Virus record (IMG/VR): IMGVR_UViG_3300037478_000874
Coordinates: 1-44,304 of that record
DNA length: 44,304 bases
Strand: one strand, 5' to 3'
Source: a virus
Lineage: Duplodnaviria; Caudoviricetes
In this document: one piece after another, positions 1 through 8,008 of the stretch
How the letters are laid out: each line of letters begins with the position of its first letter
Position numbering within the stretch: the stretch's first letter is position 1
Notes under the pieces: model-generated
The model's input: the letters and a program-made list of their open reading frames with translations, nothing else
The model's database searches: none
Told to the model about the DNA's origin: nothing
Position numbers and translations under genes: made by a program

Positions 1-40
1 CTGCCGTTCCGCAATCGATTTGGGCGGGGTGGAAGGACCC
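1..40 (-). other. cos end: 9-nt cohesive sequence (1-9) and cosQ GGGTCCT (34-40, minus strand)
   Basis: CTGCCGTTC at 1-9 is repeated at 44296-44304. The reverse complement of 34-40 is GGGTCCT, identical to lambda cosQ, at a similar distance from the end. Confidence 0.75.
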
Positions 41-115
41 GTTCGATTGATGATGTGGCGGATTTCTGCGGGTTTGTGGGGTGGGTGGGCACGCGCCGGC
101 CGTCCTCGGCTAATT

Positions 116-595
116 TTATTGCGCAGCCTGGACGGCGTCTTGGGAGACCTTTAGTCGCATGCCGTTGACCAGGATGTCAAGGAGTTGTGTGCACCTGATG
201 TCCGAAGCCCCATCATATAGCCCCGTGTAGCCCGCTGCCCGGCCCTTGGTGATGGCGAGAAGATCGCCCTTCTTGAACCCGAACCGCCGGTTGAGCACGA
301 CGATCCCGCCATCCTCGGCCAGCCGCTCGCGCAGCTGCTGCATCACCGCCTCGGGCACCACGGCCAGCGAATCGCCGAACTGCACCAGGCCATAGACCCC
401 GACCTTCGGATCGCGCTCGGGCGGGGCCTGGCCGACGAACAACTCGATGAACAGATAGCCCGGGAACCAGGCCACGACCCGCTCGCCCTCCCGGCTGCGG
501 CACATCGGCAGCCAGCAGTGATAGCCCTGGCGCGACAGCGCGATCAGCGCCTTGATCTCGTCCCTGGTCTTGACGTTGATCAGATGCCAATTCAT
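116..595 (-). CDS. NusG/RfaH-family transcription antiterminator (late-gene activator position)
   Basis: MNWHLINVK, WFPGYLFI, VYGLVQFG NGN motifs and a KOW-like FKKGDLLAITKG. ATGA overlap with the rep stop fixes the start at 595. Confidence 0.8.
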   Translation of the reverse strand: MNWHLINVKTRDEIKALIALSRQGYHCWLPMCRSREGERVVAWFPGYLFIELFVGQAPPERDPKVGVYGLVQFGDSLAVVPEAVMQQLRERLAEDGGIVVLNRRFGFKKGDLLAITKGRAAGYTGLYDGASDIRCTQLLDILVNGMRLKVSQDAVQAAQ

Positions 596-1614
596 GCGTT
601 GCCCCCTGCCAGCCTGATGGTGGTGCCCGGCGTGCCGGATGCGGCGCGGCGCGCGGCGCTGTCCGCCTCGAGCCGCCTGGCGCGGCGCTCGTGATAGGCG
701 GCCTCGCACCAGGGCACGACCTTGACCTCGATGGTGCGCCGCAGCAGCTCCTCGAGCTTGGCCTTGATGGTCACGCCGCTCAGTCGCGGCGCGAGGGCGA
801 TCTCGTCGGCGTGGTATCGGCTGCCGACCCCCAGCACCATGTGCAGACCGTCATCGGTGATAACCGTGAGGCGCTCGACCAGCTGGTCGAAGTCGCGATA
901 GAGGAACGCCGAGCGGATGGCGGCGGCGTTCGCCTTCCACCATGCGTTCTGCTTCGGCGTGTCGTCGCGCGACGCAGCGTCATGCGGACCGTCGCCGGCC
1001 GGCTGGCCATCGCCAGCCGAGCCGGCCGGCGACGGCCGCAAGGATTCCTTTTGGGGATTCTGACAGGATTCAGGGAATGGGATTCCTACGTCGTAGGAAT
1101 CCGATTCACTCCGGAGTGAATCGGATTCCTCATTCCGAATTCCCGAATCATTAGAATCGGTTACGACGAGGGAATCGGATTCCTCATTGGCCGCGTCGTC
1201 GCCGGCGGCGATGTAGGAATGGGATTCCTCTTTCAGCGGCGCCGCGTAGAGCTCGACCGCGCGCGCCACGTCGATGCGGTAGCGCCGGGTGCGGCCGCGG
1301 ATCGGGGTGCCGTGCTTGTCGACCCGCTCGTCGTAGAACAGCACGCCGTCGTCGATGAACTTGTCGAGCGCGAACTGCACCGTGCGCACCGAGCAGCCGC
1401 CGGCGATGCGCGCAAGGGTGTTGCGGGACGCGTAGATGCGCCGCCCGTCCTTGTCGGCGAACGACGCCAGCGCCAGCAGGATGAGCTTGTCGTGCACGGT
1501 GATGATGGCGCGCGGCGCCGGCACCGGATGGCCGGCCTTCTCGAGCTTGATCTGCTCCTCTGTGGACAGCATGACGATGTCTTCGAGGATGATGCCGCCC
1601 AGCTTGAAGCTCAT
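592..1614 (-). CDS. Replication initiator (N-terminal HTH, central iteron region, C-terminal DnaA-N-like domain)
   Basis: KLILLALASFAD...YASRNTLARIAGGCSVRTVQFAL HTH, internal EESDS repeats and a C-terminal FDQLVERL...LGVGSRYHADEI. Start at 1614 by ATGA overlap. Confidence 0.75.
   Translation of the reverse strand: MSFKLGGIILEDIVMLSTEEQIKLEKAGHPVPAPRAIITVHDKLILLALASFADKDGRRIYASRNTLARIAGGCSVRTVQFALDKFIDDGVLFYDERVDKHGTPIRGRTRRYRIDVARAVELYAAPLKEESHSYIAAGDDAANEESDSLVVTDSNDSGIRNEESDSLRSESDSYDVGIPFPESCQNPQKESLRPSPAGSAGDGQPAGDGPHDAASRDDTPKQNAWWKANAAAIRSAFLYRDFDQLVERLTVITDDGLHMVLGVGSRYHADEIALAPRLSGVTIKAKLEELLRRTIEVKVVPWCEAAYHERRARRLEADSAARRAASGTPGTTIRLAGGNA
1043..1227. repeat. Iteron/origin region inside rep (GGAATSGGATTCC units, palindromes, 13 GANTC sites)
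   Basis: AT-richer island with repeated GAATCGGATTCC/GAATGGGATTCC. Inverted repeat 1081-1101 and perfect palindrome 1101-1124. Confidence 0.75.
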
Positions 1615-1862
1615 CGGCCGCCGCCCCCCGCGGCGCGAACGGCGTTCGCGGGTTCGAACAGCGCCGGCGCGCCGGCGATCAGCGGCTCGGCCAGCCGCCC
1701 GATCGCGCCGTGCGGCAGGTCGGGCCAGCACCGCCCGGCGCGCATCGCCGCGTGGATCTCGCGGACCATCGCCGCCGTGGCGCCGGTGTAGCCCTGCGCG
1801 CGGACGTTGGCGGCGACGGCCTCGTAGCCGCGGTCGATGTAGGGGCTCTCGCGATCGTGCAC
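1611..1862 (-). CDS. Hypothetical protein
   Basis: 83-aa ORF coupled to rep by ATGA overlap. Confidence 0.6.
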   Translation of the reverse strand: MHDRESPYIDRGYEAVAANVRAQGYTGATAAMVREIHAAMRAGRCWPDLPHGAIGRLAEPLIAGAPALFEPANAVRAAGGGGR

Positions 1863-1874
1863 CGATGGACGCTC

Positions 1875-2825
1875 CTACGCGGCCACAGGCTTCTTCACCC
1901 CACGACGGTACTCGTCGAAGGGCAGGAAGCTGTTGGGCCGGTGATGATTGCTGATGTGGCCGTTGACCCACCGCTGGAACGACTGCTGGTAGTCGTCGGT
2001 GCGATCCTTGGCCATGAGGTAGATATCGACGCCCTGGTCGTGGAGCGTGCGGACCCGGTGCATATCCTGCTCGGGCGTGCTGTCATGTCCGATCAGCACA
2101 TAGAACGACATCTGCCACGGCTTGATGCCGGCGGCCTTCACCCGCTCGATGCCGCGCAGGATCAGCCGAGCGTCGCGGAAGCGGTCCCAGGCGAAATAGA
2201 GCTGATGCCGGGTGTCCCTGAGATTGGTGAAGCGCACCGAGGCGAGCGCCTGGCATTGCTCCTCCGTGATGATCCTGATGTTGAGGCCCTGCGAAAAGCA
2301 GACCTTGAGATCAAGCGCGCGTATTTCGGCGATGCGCTCGCGCCACAGCGGATTACCAAAGAAGTCGTTATCGAGCAGGATCAGAAAGTCGCTGTCCTGC
2401 ACGATCAGCGCCCGGATGCCGCTATAGGCGTGCGCGGGCCCCTCTCGGGTCGGGACCGAGCAGAAGTCGCAGCGGAACCGGCAGCCCCGCATTGCATAAC
2501 CCATGTTGTGCTTGAACCAGGGGTAGAGCCCGTAGTGCGGCGCCAGCCCGTCGATCTCAGGCGGTAGCTTCTTGGCGTGCTGGCCGAGCGCGCCATCCCA
2601 ACCCGAGCCGCCGATCTCCATGCGCTTCGCGTCAAGGTGCTGGCCGTCCGAGAAATCGAAGATTTTGGAGGCGTAAATCTTGTCGAACGTTCCCTGCGCC
2701 AAGGGGAACCCAGGATCGTAGGCGGTCACGCGATCGCCGCGCTCAAGGTGGAAGCGGGCGAGCTTCGCCAACGCAAAATTGGGAAGCACCGCGGTCGCGT
2801 CCACATCGTAAAGGGCGACGTTCAC
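1875..2825 (-). CDS. Radical SAM protein
   Basis: RGCRFRCDFC (CxxxCxxC), LLDNDFF, QGLNIR, FYVLIG. Confidence 0.85.
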   Translation of the reverse strand: MNVALYDVDATAVLPNFALAKLARFHLERGDRVTAYDPGFPLAQGTFDKIYASKIFDFSDGQHLDAKRMEIGGSGWDGALGQHAKKLPPEIDGLAPHYGLYPWFKHNMGYAMRGCRFRCDFCSVPTREGPAHAYSGIRALIVQDSDFLILLDNDFFGNPLWRERIAEIRALDLKVCFSQGLNIRIITEEQCQALASVRFTNLRDTRHQLYFAWDRFRDARLILRGIERVKAAGIKPWQMSFYVLIGHDSTPEQDMHRVRTLHDQGVDIYLMAKDRTDDYQQSFQRWVNGHISNHHRPNSFLPFDEYRRGVKKPVAA

Positions 2826-2836
2826 CAGCGGCTCCC

Positions 2837-2947
2837 CTATGCCTTACGCTGGTTAGCTAGAAATTCTTCGCGCTGTGCGGGCGTCATCGACTTGTAGCGG
2901 CGGAACGCCTCGTCGGTCTTTTGCTGGGCGCGCGCAGAAATCCTCAT
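2837..2947 (-). CDS. Small hypothetical protein (36 aa)
   Basis: MRISARAQQK ORF. Its ATG overlaps the upstream stop (ATGA). Confidence 0.4.
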   Translation of the reverse strand: MRISARAQQKTDEAFRRYKSMTPAQREEFLANQRKA

Positions 2948-3207
2948 GGCAGGGCGCTCCAACTGTTCGGGATGCCAGTGGAACCGGCCTTGGTCATGGT
3001 GGTGGTGCCGGCGTAGCGCGGATTGTGCCGCAGCCGATTGCCCGCCAGCTTCATGGCGTAGCAGTTCGGCGTGCAGCCAGGCGAGCGCACCGCGCAGCCG
3101 ATCAGCGGATTCCAGGTCGCGCCGATGTAGCCCGGAGCGTGCGTCCACTGGATGCCGGTAACGTGCCGGACGCTCGGATCATCCTTCCATGTCACGAACG
3201 GGCTCAT
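2944..3207 (-). pseudogene. Truncated Gp37/Gp68 (DUF5131) family gene
   Basis: TGIQWT...TWNPLIGCAVRSPGCTPNCYA matches the family N-terminus, but the ORF ends after 87 aa. Confidence 0.65.
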
Positions 3208-4590
3208 TCAGGCCTCCGTCTTGCGCACGCCGGTGATCTTCTCGAACAGCGACACGTCGCCGCGCCGCGCGAAGGCGGGGACGTCGGCCGGCCGGGCGTG
3301 TGGGTCGGCACCCTCGCGGCGCAGGAACGCCGGGATGCCCAAGGGATTGTCCGCGGCGACACAAGCATTCGGTTCAGTTTGCGGATTTACGCAAACCAAC
3401 GATTCGGCCGCCAGGATCTCCCCCGTCGCCGGGTCCACGGTCTCGCCGGGCGCCAGCGCGAGCTCGGGGAGCGCCGGCGTTGTGCTGGAAGACGGCGCGC
3501 GGCCATCCTCGGTCGCCGCGGGCGCGGCGGCCTCGCTCGCCAGGGAGACCGCCTCAGACGGCGTCTCCGGATGCTCGTATCCAGAGCCGCCTGCGTTTAC
3601 CTCGTTCCCCCAATAATCCCACCCGTCGTCGCCGTGCCAGAAGCCGGGCCGGCCGGTGCCGCCGATCTGGGCGCACCGCTCGGCGTCCACCCGCGCGTTC
3701 ATCTCGAGCTTGGTGAGCCCCGGGAACATCTGCTCGATCATGGCGCGGAACCACTGGGGCTTGGCCGAGTGCGCCCCCTTCATCTCGCGGTGCACGCTGT
3801 CGGGCTTGGCTTCCATGCCGGGCGCCAGGCCGCCGCCCTTGGTGGCGAGCAGCAGGAGCTCGTGGCGGTTGCGGTTCCAATACCCGGTGCCGGCCGCCTC
3901 CTTGTCCCACACGAAGTGGCTCTTGTAGGCGAACCCCCACGCCTCGATCACCGCCATCGCCTGGGCGAGGTGCGGCACGGTGGCCCACACGAACAGCGCC
4001 GCGTCGTCGTGCGCCAGCGCCGCCACCGGCAGCGCCTTGATGGCGTCCAGGCTCATCGTCGGGTAATGGTTGGCCGCCGCCTTGTCGTAGCCCTTGTCGC
4101 TGATCACGTCGTGGTGCCACGCCGGGTCGGCCAGGATCACCGCATAGCGCCGCCCGCCGCGCACCGCGTCGCCGAGCGGCACGGCGCCCCGCGCGGCCGC
4201 CTCGGCGACCCGCAGCCGGTGCGTGCGCCGGTCGCCCGCCACCAGCCGCTGCGCGTCCTTGCGCTCCATGTCGGGGCGGATGGCGCCGGATTGCAGCGCC
4301 GCCTCGAACGCCGCGTCGTCGAGCCGGGTGAGCTCGTAGAGCGTCGATCCCGCCGTCGGCAAAAGCGACACGCGTGTCGCATTCGTGAGCCGCGCGTCCT
4401 TGGCCACCGCCATCAGCCGCTGCGCGGTGCGCGCCACGAACGGCAGGTCGCCCGCGATCATCGCCAGGAACTGCCCGTGCGGCAGCTCGGCCTTGGCCGC
4501 CACCAGCACGCGCCCGGTCTCGAACACCGCTTCGCGCGCCCCGGCCCAAGCGTCGGCGATCTGCGCGGCGTATTCGGCGCGGGTCGTCAT
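3208..4590 (-). CDS. MT-A70 family adenine methyltransferase with N-terminal DUF3102-like domain
   Basis: VILADPAW, HYPTM, LFVWAT, WGFAYK, GTGYWNRNRHE, HSAKP. N-terminus has GRVLVAAKAELPHGQF. Confidence 0.9.
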   Translation of the reverse strand: MTTRAEYAAQIADAWAGAREAVFETGRVLVAAKAELPHGQFLAMIAGDLPFVARTAQRLMAVAKDARLTNATRVSLLPTAGSTLYELTRLDDAAFEAALQSGAIRPDMERKDAQRLVAGDRRTHRLRVAEAAARGAVPLGDAVRGGRRYAVILADPAWHHDVISDKGYDKAAANHYPTMSLDAIKALPVAALAHDDAALFVWATVPHLAQAMAVIEAWGFAYKSHFVWDKEAAGTGYWNRNRHELLLLATKGGGLAPGMEAKPDSVHREMKGAHSAKPQWFRAMIEQMFPGLTKLEMNARVDAERCAQIGGTGRPGFWHGDDGWDYWGNEVNAGGSGYEHPETPSEAVSLASEAAAPAATEDGRAPSSSTTPALPELALAPGETVDPATGEILAAESLVCVNPQTEPNACVAADNPLGIPAFLRREGADPHARPADVPAFARRGDVSLFEKITGVRKTEA

Positions 4591-5336
4591 ACTCTACGCC
4601 GGCACGTGTCGCACATGCGGTGCCCGGCCCCGGTGCTGATGAATTCGGTGCGGCACGACAGGCACAGCCGCCGCTTGACGGCCTGGCGCGAGGCGACCGG
4701 CGCGGCGCTGTGCATCCCGCCGCCGTGGCCGAGCGCGGCGGCGCTCTCGCGGATGGTCGCAGCGCAGACCGCGCCAGGCCCCCCCCCGTGCGTCTTGACG
4801 GTGCGCTTGAGCACGGCGAGCGCGACGTCGCCACCGAACTTCTCGACCAGGCGGCGGATGGTGCCGACCGCCAGCGTCTCGCCGGGCTTGAGGTTGTTGG
4901 CCGGAACGGGGTAGCGGCAGATGGCGACACCGGCCGCCTTGCACGCGCGGTCGATCGCCTTCGCCGTCTTCTCGCCGGCCGCCAGCATGGCGTGGTGGAT
5001 ATGCAGCGGCGTCACCGCGACGCGGTCGCGGTTGATGGCGACGAAGTCGGCGGCGGCCGCGGCGATCGTACCGTGCGGCAGCTCGATCGCCGGCACGCGG
5101 GCGATGCCCAGCTGACGCGCCGCCTCGACCCGGTGCTGGCCGTCGACGACCTGCCAGCCCGCCTTGCTGCGCACCACCAGCACGGCACCGAAGCGCGGCC
5201 AGCGGAACGTCGCCACAATCTTGGCAATGAGATGACGCGACCGGGTCGAGCCGGTGTCGCGCTGGTATTTGCCCTCGACCGACAGTTTGGACACCGCCAG
5301 CCAGGCGAGCGCGGGCTTGGGCCCGAAGTCGCCCAT
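4587..5336 (-). CDS. ParB N-terminal-domain protein with C-terminal Zn-ribbon
   Basis: YQRD...VVDGQHRVEAA and C-terminal CLSC...CDTC. Confidence 0.8.
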   Translation of the reverse strand: MGDFGPKPALAWLAVSKLSVEGKYQRDTGSTRSRHLIAKIVATFRWPRFGAVLVVRSKAGWQVVDGQHRVEAARQLGIARVPAIELPHGTIAAAAADFVAINRDRVAVTPLHIHHAMLAAGEKTAKAIDRACKAAGVAICRYPVPANNLKPGETLAVGTIRRLVEKFGGDVALAVLKRTVKTHGGGPGAVCAATIRESAAALGHGGGMHSAAPVASRQAVKRRLCLSCRTEFISTGAGHRMCDTCRRRV

Positions 5337-5713
5337 CAGTGCATGTCCTTCTTCGCGCTCTCGCGTGCGCGCGCGAGAGGCGGGCGGCTTTCTTCGAGCG
5401 GATCGGGGTCGGGGATCACGCCGTCGGCGTCGGCCTGGCGCCGAGCTTCCTCGGCTTCGATCGCGGCCCAGTACAGATCGTAGATCTGCTGGCCTTCCTT
5501 GAGCGCCGCCGGCTCCAGGGCGCGGTCGCGCACCACCGCCTTGACGATCTTGGGCACGAACCCGGCGACCTTGGACGCCTTGTAGATCTCCGACTTCTGG
5601 CCGTTGAGCGCGGCGATCTCGTCCTCCAGCCGCTCGATCTCGAGCACGAAATCGGTGAGCTTGGTGGCGGCCAGGGAGGCGGTGCCATGGCCGCCGGGTG
5701 TGCGCTTGGGCAT
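5336..5713 (-). CDS. GapR-like (DUF2312) DNA-binding protein
   Basis: KLTDFVLEIERLEDEI...EIYKASKVAGFVPKIVKAVVRDR...YDLYWAAI. Confidence 0.8.
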   Translation of the reverse strand: MPKRTPGGHGTASLAATKLTDFVLEIERLEDEIAALNGQKSEIYKASKVAGFVPKIVKAVVRDRALEPAALKEGQQIYDLYWAAIEAEEARRQADADGVIPDPDPLEESRPPLARARESAKKDMH

Positions 5714-6048
5714 CAGCGTCGCCCTCCCTCGTCGCGGTCCGGTGTCACGGCGGCGCGCGCCGGCAGACTGCGCGGCGCGGTCTTGTGGCCGTTGAGCCAG
5801 TGCTGCGCGAGCTCGACGTCGGCGAACGGGCACGCGGCGCGGCTCTTGCCGGCGCGCGCCGCGTAGTAGCCGGCGAGCAGCGCGCAGCGCCGCGGCGGCA
5901 TCAGCGGCTGGCCGCCCCGCTTGGCCTGCGCCACCCAATAGATTTCCGACAGCGTCGCGCCACGCTCCCACTGCGGCGTCTCGGCGGCATCCTTGATGAG
6001 CTGCACGAGGGGGGCCTGGCCTCCGAAGCCTTGGCGAAGGGGGTTCAT
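5713..6048 (-). CDS. Ribosome-modulation-factor (Rmf)-like protein
   Basis: GYYAARAGKSRAACPF...QHWLNGH resembles the Rmf core GY-AG..G.S...CPY...WL.GW. Confidence 0.55.
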   Translation of the reverse strand: MNPLRQGFGGQAPLVQLIKDAAETPQWERGATLSEIYWVAQAKRGGQPLMPPRRCALLAGYYAARAGKSRAACPFADVELAQHWLNGHKTAPRSLPARAAVTPDRDEGGRR

Positions 6049-6179
6049 GGCACCGCCGCCAGGCCAAGCCCGAGCGCCAGCAGCGCGAAGCCGCCGAGCA
6101 GCGCCAGCACCAGGCCGGCGTCGGCGCCGAGCCGGCGCAGCCGCAGGCGGCGGAGATAGCGCGGCGCGCCGCTACGCAT
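6045..6179 (-). CDS. Small single-pass membrane protein (44 aa)
   Basis: Translated by hand: MRSGAPRYLRRLRLRRLGADAGLVLALLGGFALLALGLGLAAVP. Overlaps both neighbouring genes. Confidence 0.55.
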   Translation of the reverse strand: MRSGAPRYLRRLRLRRLGADAGLVLALLGGFALLALGLGLAAVP

Positions 6180-6687
6180 CGCGCACCGTCTGGCGCCCCG
6201 CCCCACGACTTCCGCGCGCGCCGCCGTTTACCTTTTCGCGCCCGCCGGGTGTTAGGATGCGGCCATGCGCCCGCGCATCGCGCTCCTGGTCGCGTACCTG
6301 GCCCGCGTTCTCCCCGCCGTCCTGCGGGCGCTTCCGATGGCTCTTGCCGCGGCCTTCGCCGTCGCCACCGCGCTCGGCCTGTGGCTGCTCATCCTGGCGC
6401 GCGTCTACTGGGGGCCGCTCTAGATAGAAATCGTTGGGGCTCAGCGCGTCCCCGGTGAAAGCGACGATGCGCGCCATTTCGTCCGGGCGCGGCACGTGGC
6501 CGTTCTCGCAGGTCGACCACAGCTGCTGCGACACCTTGGCACCCTTGGCCGCGGCACGCTGGCTGAGCCCCCGGTCGCGCCGCCACCGCGTGAGCGGGTG
6601 ATCGACCGCCGACGCGTTGCTGGTCCGCCCGGCGGCGGGCTTTCCGTCCGATTTACCACGTGCGCTGGTCAATATCCTGGGCCTCAT
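6172..6687 (-). CDS. Cro-like XRE HTH regulator
   Basis: LTRWRRDRGLSQRAAAKGAKVSQQLWSTCENG...LSPNDFY, divergent from the repressor. Start codon uncertain. Confidence 0.8.
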   Translation of the reverse strand: MRPRILTSARGKSDGKPAAGRTSNASAVDHPLTRWRRDRGLSQRAAAKGAKVSQQLWSTCENGHVPRPDEMARIVAFTGDALSPNDFYLERPPVDARQDEQPQAERGGDGEGRGKSHRKRPQDGGENAGQVRDQERDARAHGRILTPGGREKVNGGARGSRGAGRQTVRDA

Positions 6688-6718
6688 TTGCGAATCGCCC
6701 CAACCTGTGGTGTAGCGA

Positions 6719-6746
6719 ATTACTACGATTTGTAGTAATCTGTCAA
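6719..6746. promoter_or_regulatory. Operator ATTACTAC-N5-GTAGTAAT next to a leftward TTGACA -35 box
   Basis: Palindrome at 6719-6739. TGTCAA at 6741-6746 reads TTGACA on the minus strand. Confidence 0.7.
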
Positions 6747-6797
6747 CTGGCCATGCTCACCGAGCCTACATCTTGGCTAGAGACGACAGCCCCCGAC

Positions 6798-7292
6798 ATG
6801 GCGCATCTGTTGCCCATGCGCGGCCGACCGCCCCGGACCCCGGCGAAATCCTCCAACCGCATCCGCGTGCTGCGCGAACGCGCCGGCCTCACTCAGGACC
6901 AGCTCGCCGAGCGGGTCGGCGGCATGTCCGGCGCCACCATCGGCCACCTGGAGACCGGGCGGCGCCAGCTCAAGGAGCGCCAGATCGAGATCATCGCCAA
7001 GGCGCTCGACGTGCCGGCGCGCGCGCTGCTGCCGGGCGACGACGACACGCCCGACGAAACGACCGACGCCGCACCGTTCGACCGCGCGCTGCTGGCCGAC
7101 GCCGTGCGCCAGATCCATCCGTTCCTCGACCGCGCCGTGCTCGCCGACCCGGACGAGCTGTCGCAGGCGATCCTCGACATCTACGACCAGATGGTGGAGC
7201 GCGCGCGCGCCCAGGCGCGCATCGACCGGCGTCCGATCCGGGTAACCTTGGGTGGAAATATCCTGGAGCTGCGCCGCCGCCGCGTGGCGTGA
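6798..7292 (+). CDS. CI-like XRE repressor
   Basis: NRIRVLRERAGLTQDQLAERVGGMSGATIGHLETGRR...IAKALDV. Start is 6798 or 6816. Confidence 0.85.
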   Translation: MAHLLPMRGRPPRTPAKSSNRIRVLRERAGLTQDQLAERVGGMSGATIGHLETGRRQLKERQIEIIAKALDVPARALLPGDDDTPDETTDAAPFDRALLADAVRQIHPFLDRAVLADPDELSQAILDIYDQMVERARAQARIDRRPIRVTLGGNILELRRRRVA

Positions 7293-7468
7293 GCGGCCGG
7301 CGGCCACCAGGGGAATCCCGAGCGGTTCGCGTTATCCACAGGAAATATGTGTGATCGCCGCGCGTGTGCTGGACTTTGCCCGCGGGGGCGTGAGAGCATA
7401 TCACAAGACCGTAATCCAATAAGGCTGCTGGCAAGAGTGTACGGCCCCCTTGACAGGAGGAGCCTACC

Positions 7469-7735
7469 GTGGAACGCCCGCCCAGACCCCGCCTCGCCGC
7501 CGCGGACCCGGAGTCGCCCTTCGCCGCCGGCGACGCCCGCCAGGTCCTGCTCGAGCAGTATCTCGCCCACCTCCTGGCCGAGGCCGCCGCCGTGCGCGCC
7601 GAGCTCGGCTGCGCCGCCGGCCACGTCCCGGGCTGGGTGCGCTCCGCCGCCGAGCAGCTGCGCCGCGCGCAAGCCCCGTCCACCCGCGCGGCGCGGATGA
7701 TCGCCGCCCTCACCGCGGCGCGGCGCGCGCGCTAG
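7469..7735 (+). CDS. Hypothetical protein
   Basis: GTG start after an AGGAGG Shine-Dalgarno; codon usage matches the genome. Confidence 0.6.
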   Translation: MERPPRPRLAAADPESPFAAGDARQVLLEQYLAHLLAEAAAVRAELGCAAGHVPGWVRSAAEQLRRAQAPSTRAARMIAALTAARRAR

Positions 7736-7775
7736 TACGCGGCGCGCTACGTTTTGTCGGAATTCCCCCTTCCTA

Positions 7776-7795
7776 TTGACTACAATATGTAGTAA
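7776..7795 (+). promoter_or_regulatory. Second operator ACTAC-AATAT-GTAGT overlapping a TTGACT -35 box
   Basis: Same dyad as 6722-6736, upstream of the rightward early operon. Confidence 0.65.
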
Positions 7796-8008
7796 AAGGG
7801 TCGCGCGAACGCCGTTCGCTCCGGTCGGGCCTTCCCTGATCCCCGACCCCGGAGCCCGGCCGCCGCCGCGGCGCCACGGGGTTCCGAACCCTCGAGTGGC
7901 CCGCGTCACCGGGGCCCGCCGTCGGTCCACCCCGGGGGCACCGGGGAGGATCTCCCGACACCCCTTCGCGACCGGCGGCGGGCCCCTCAGAGCTTCTTGG
8001 GGGGGCTT

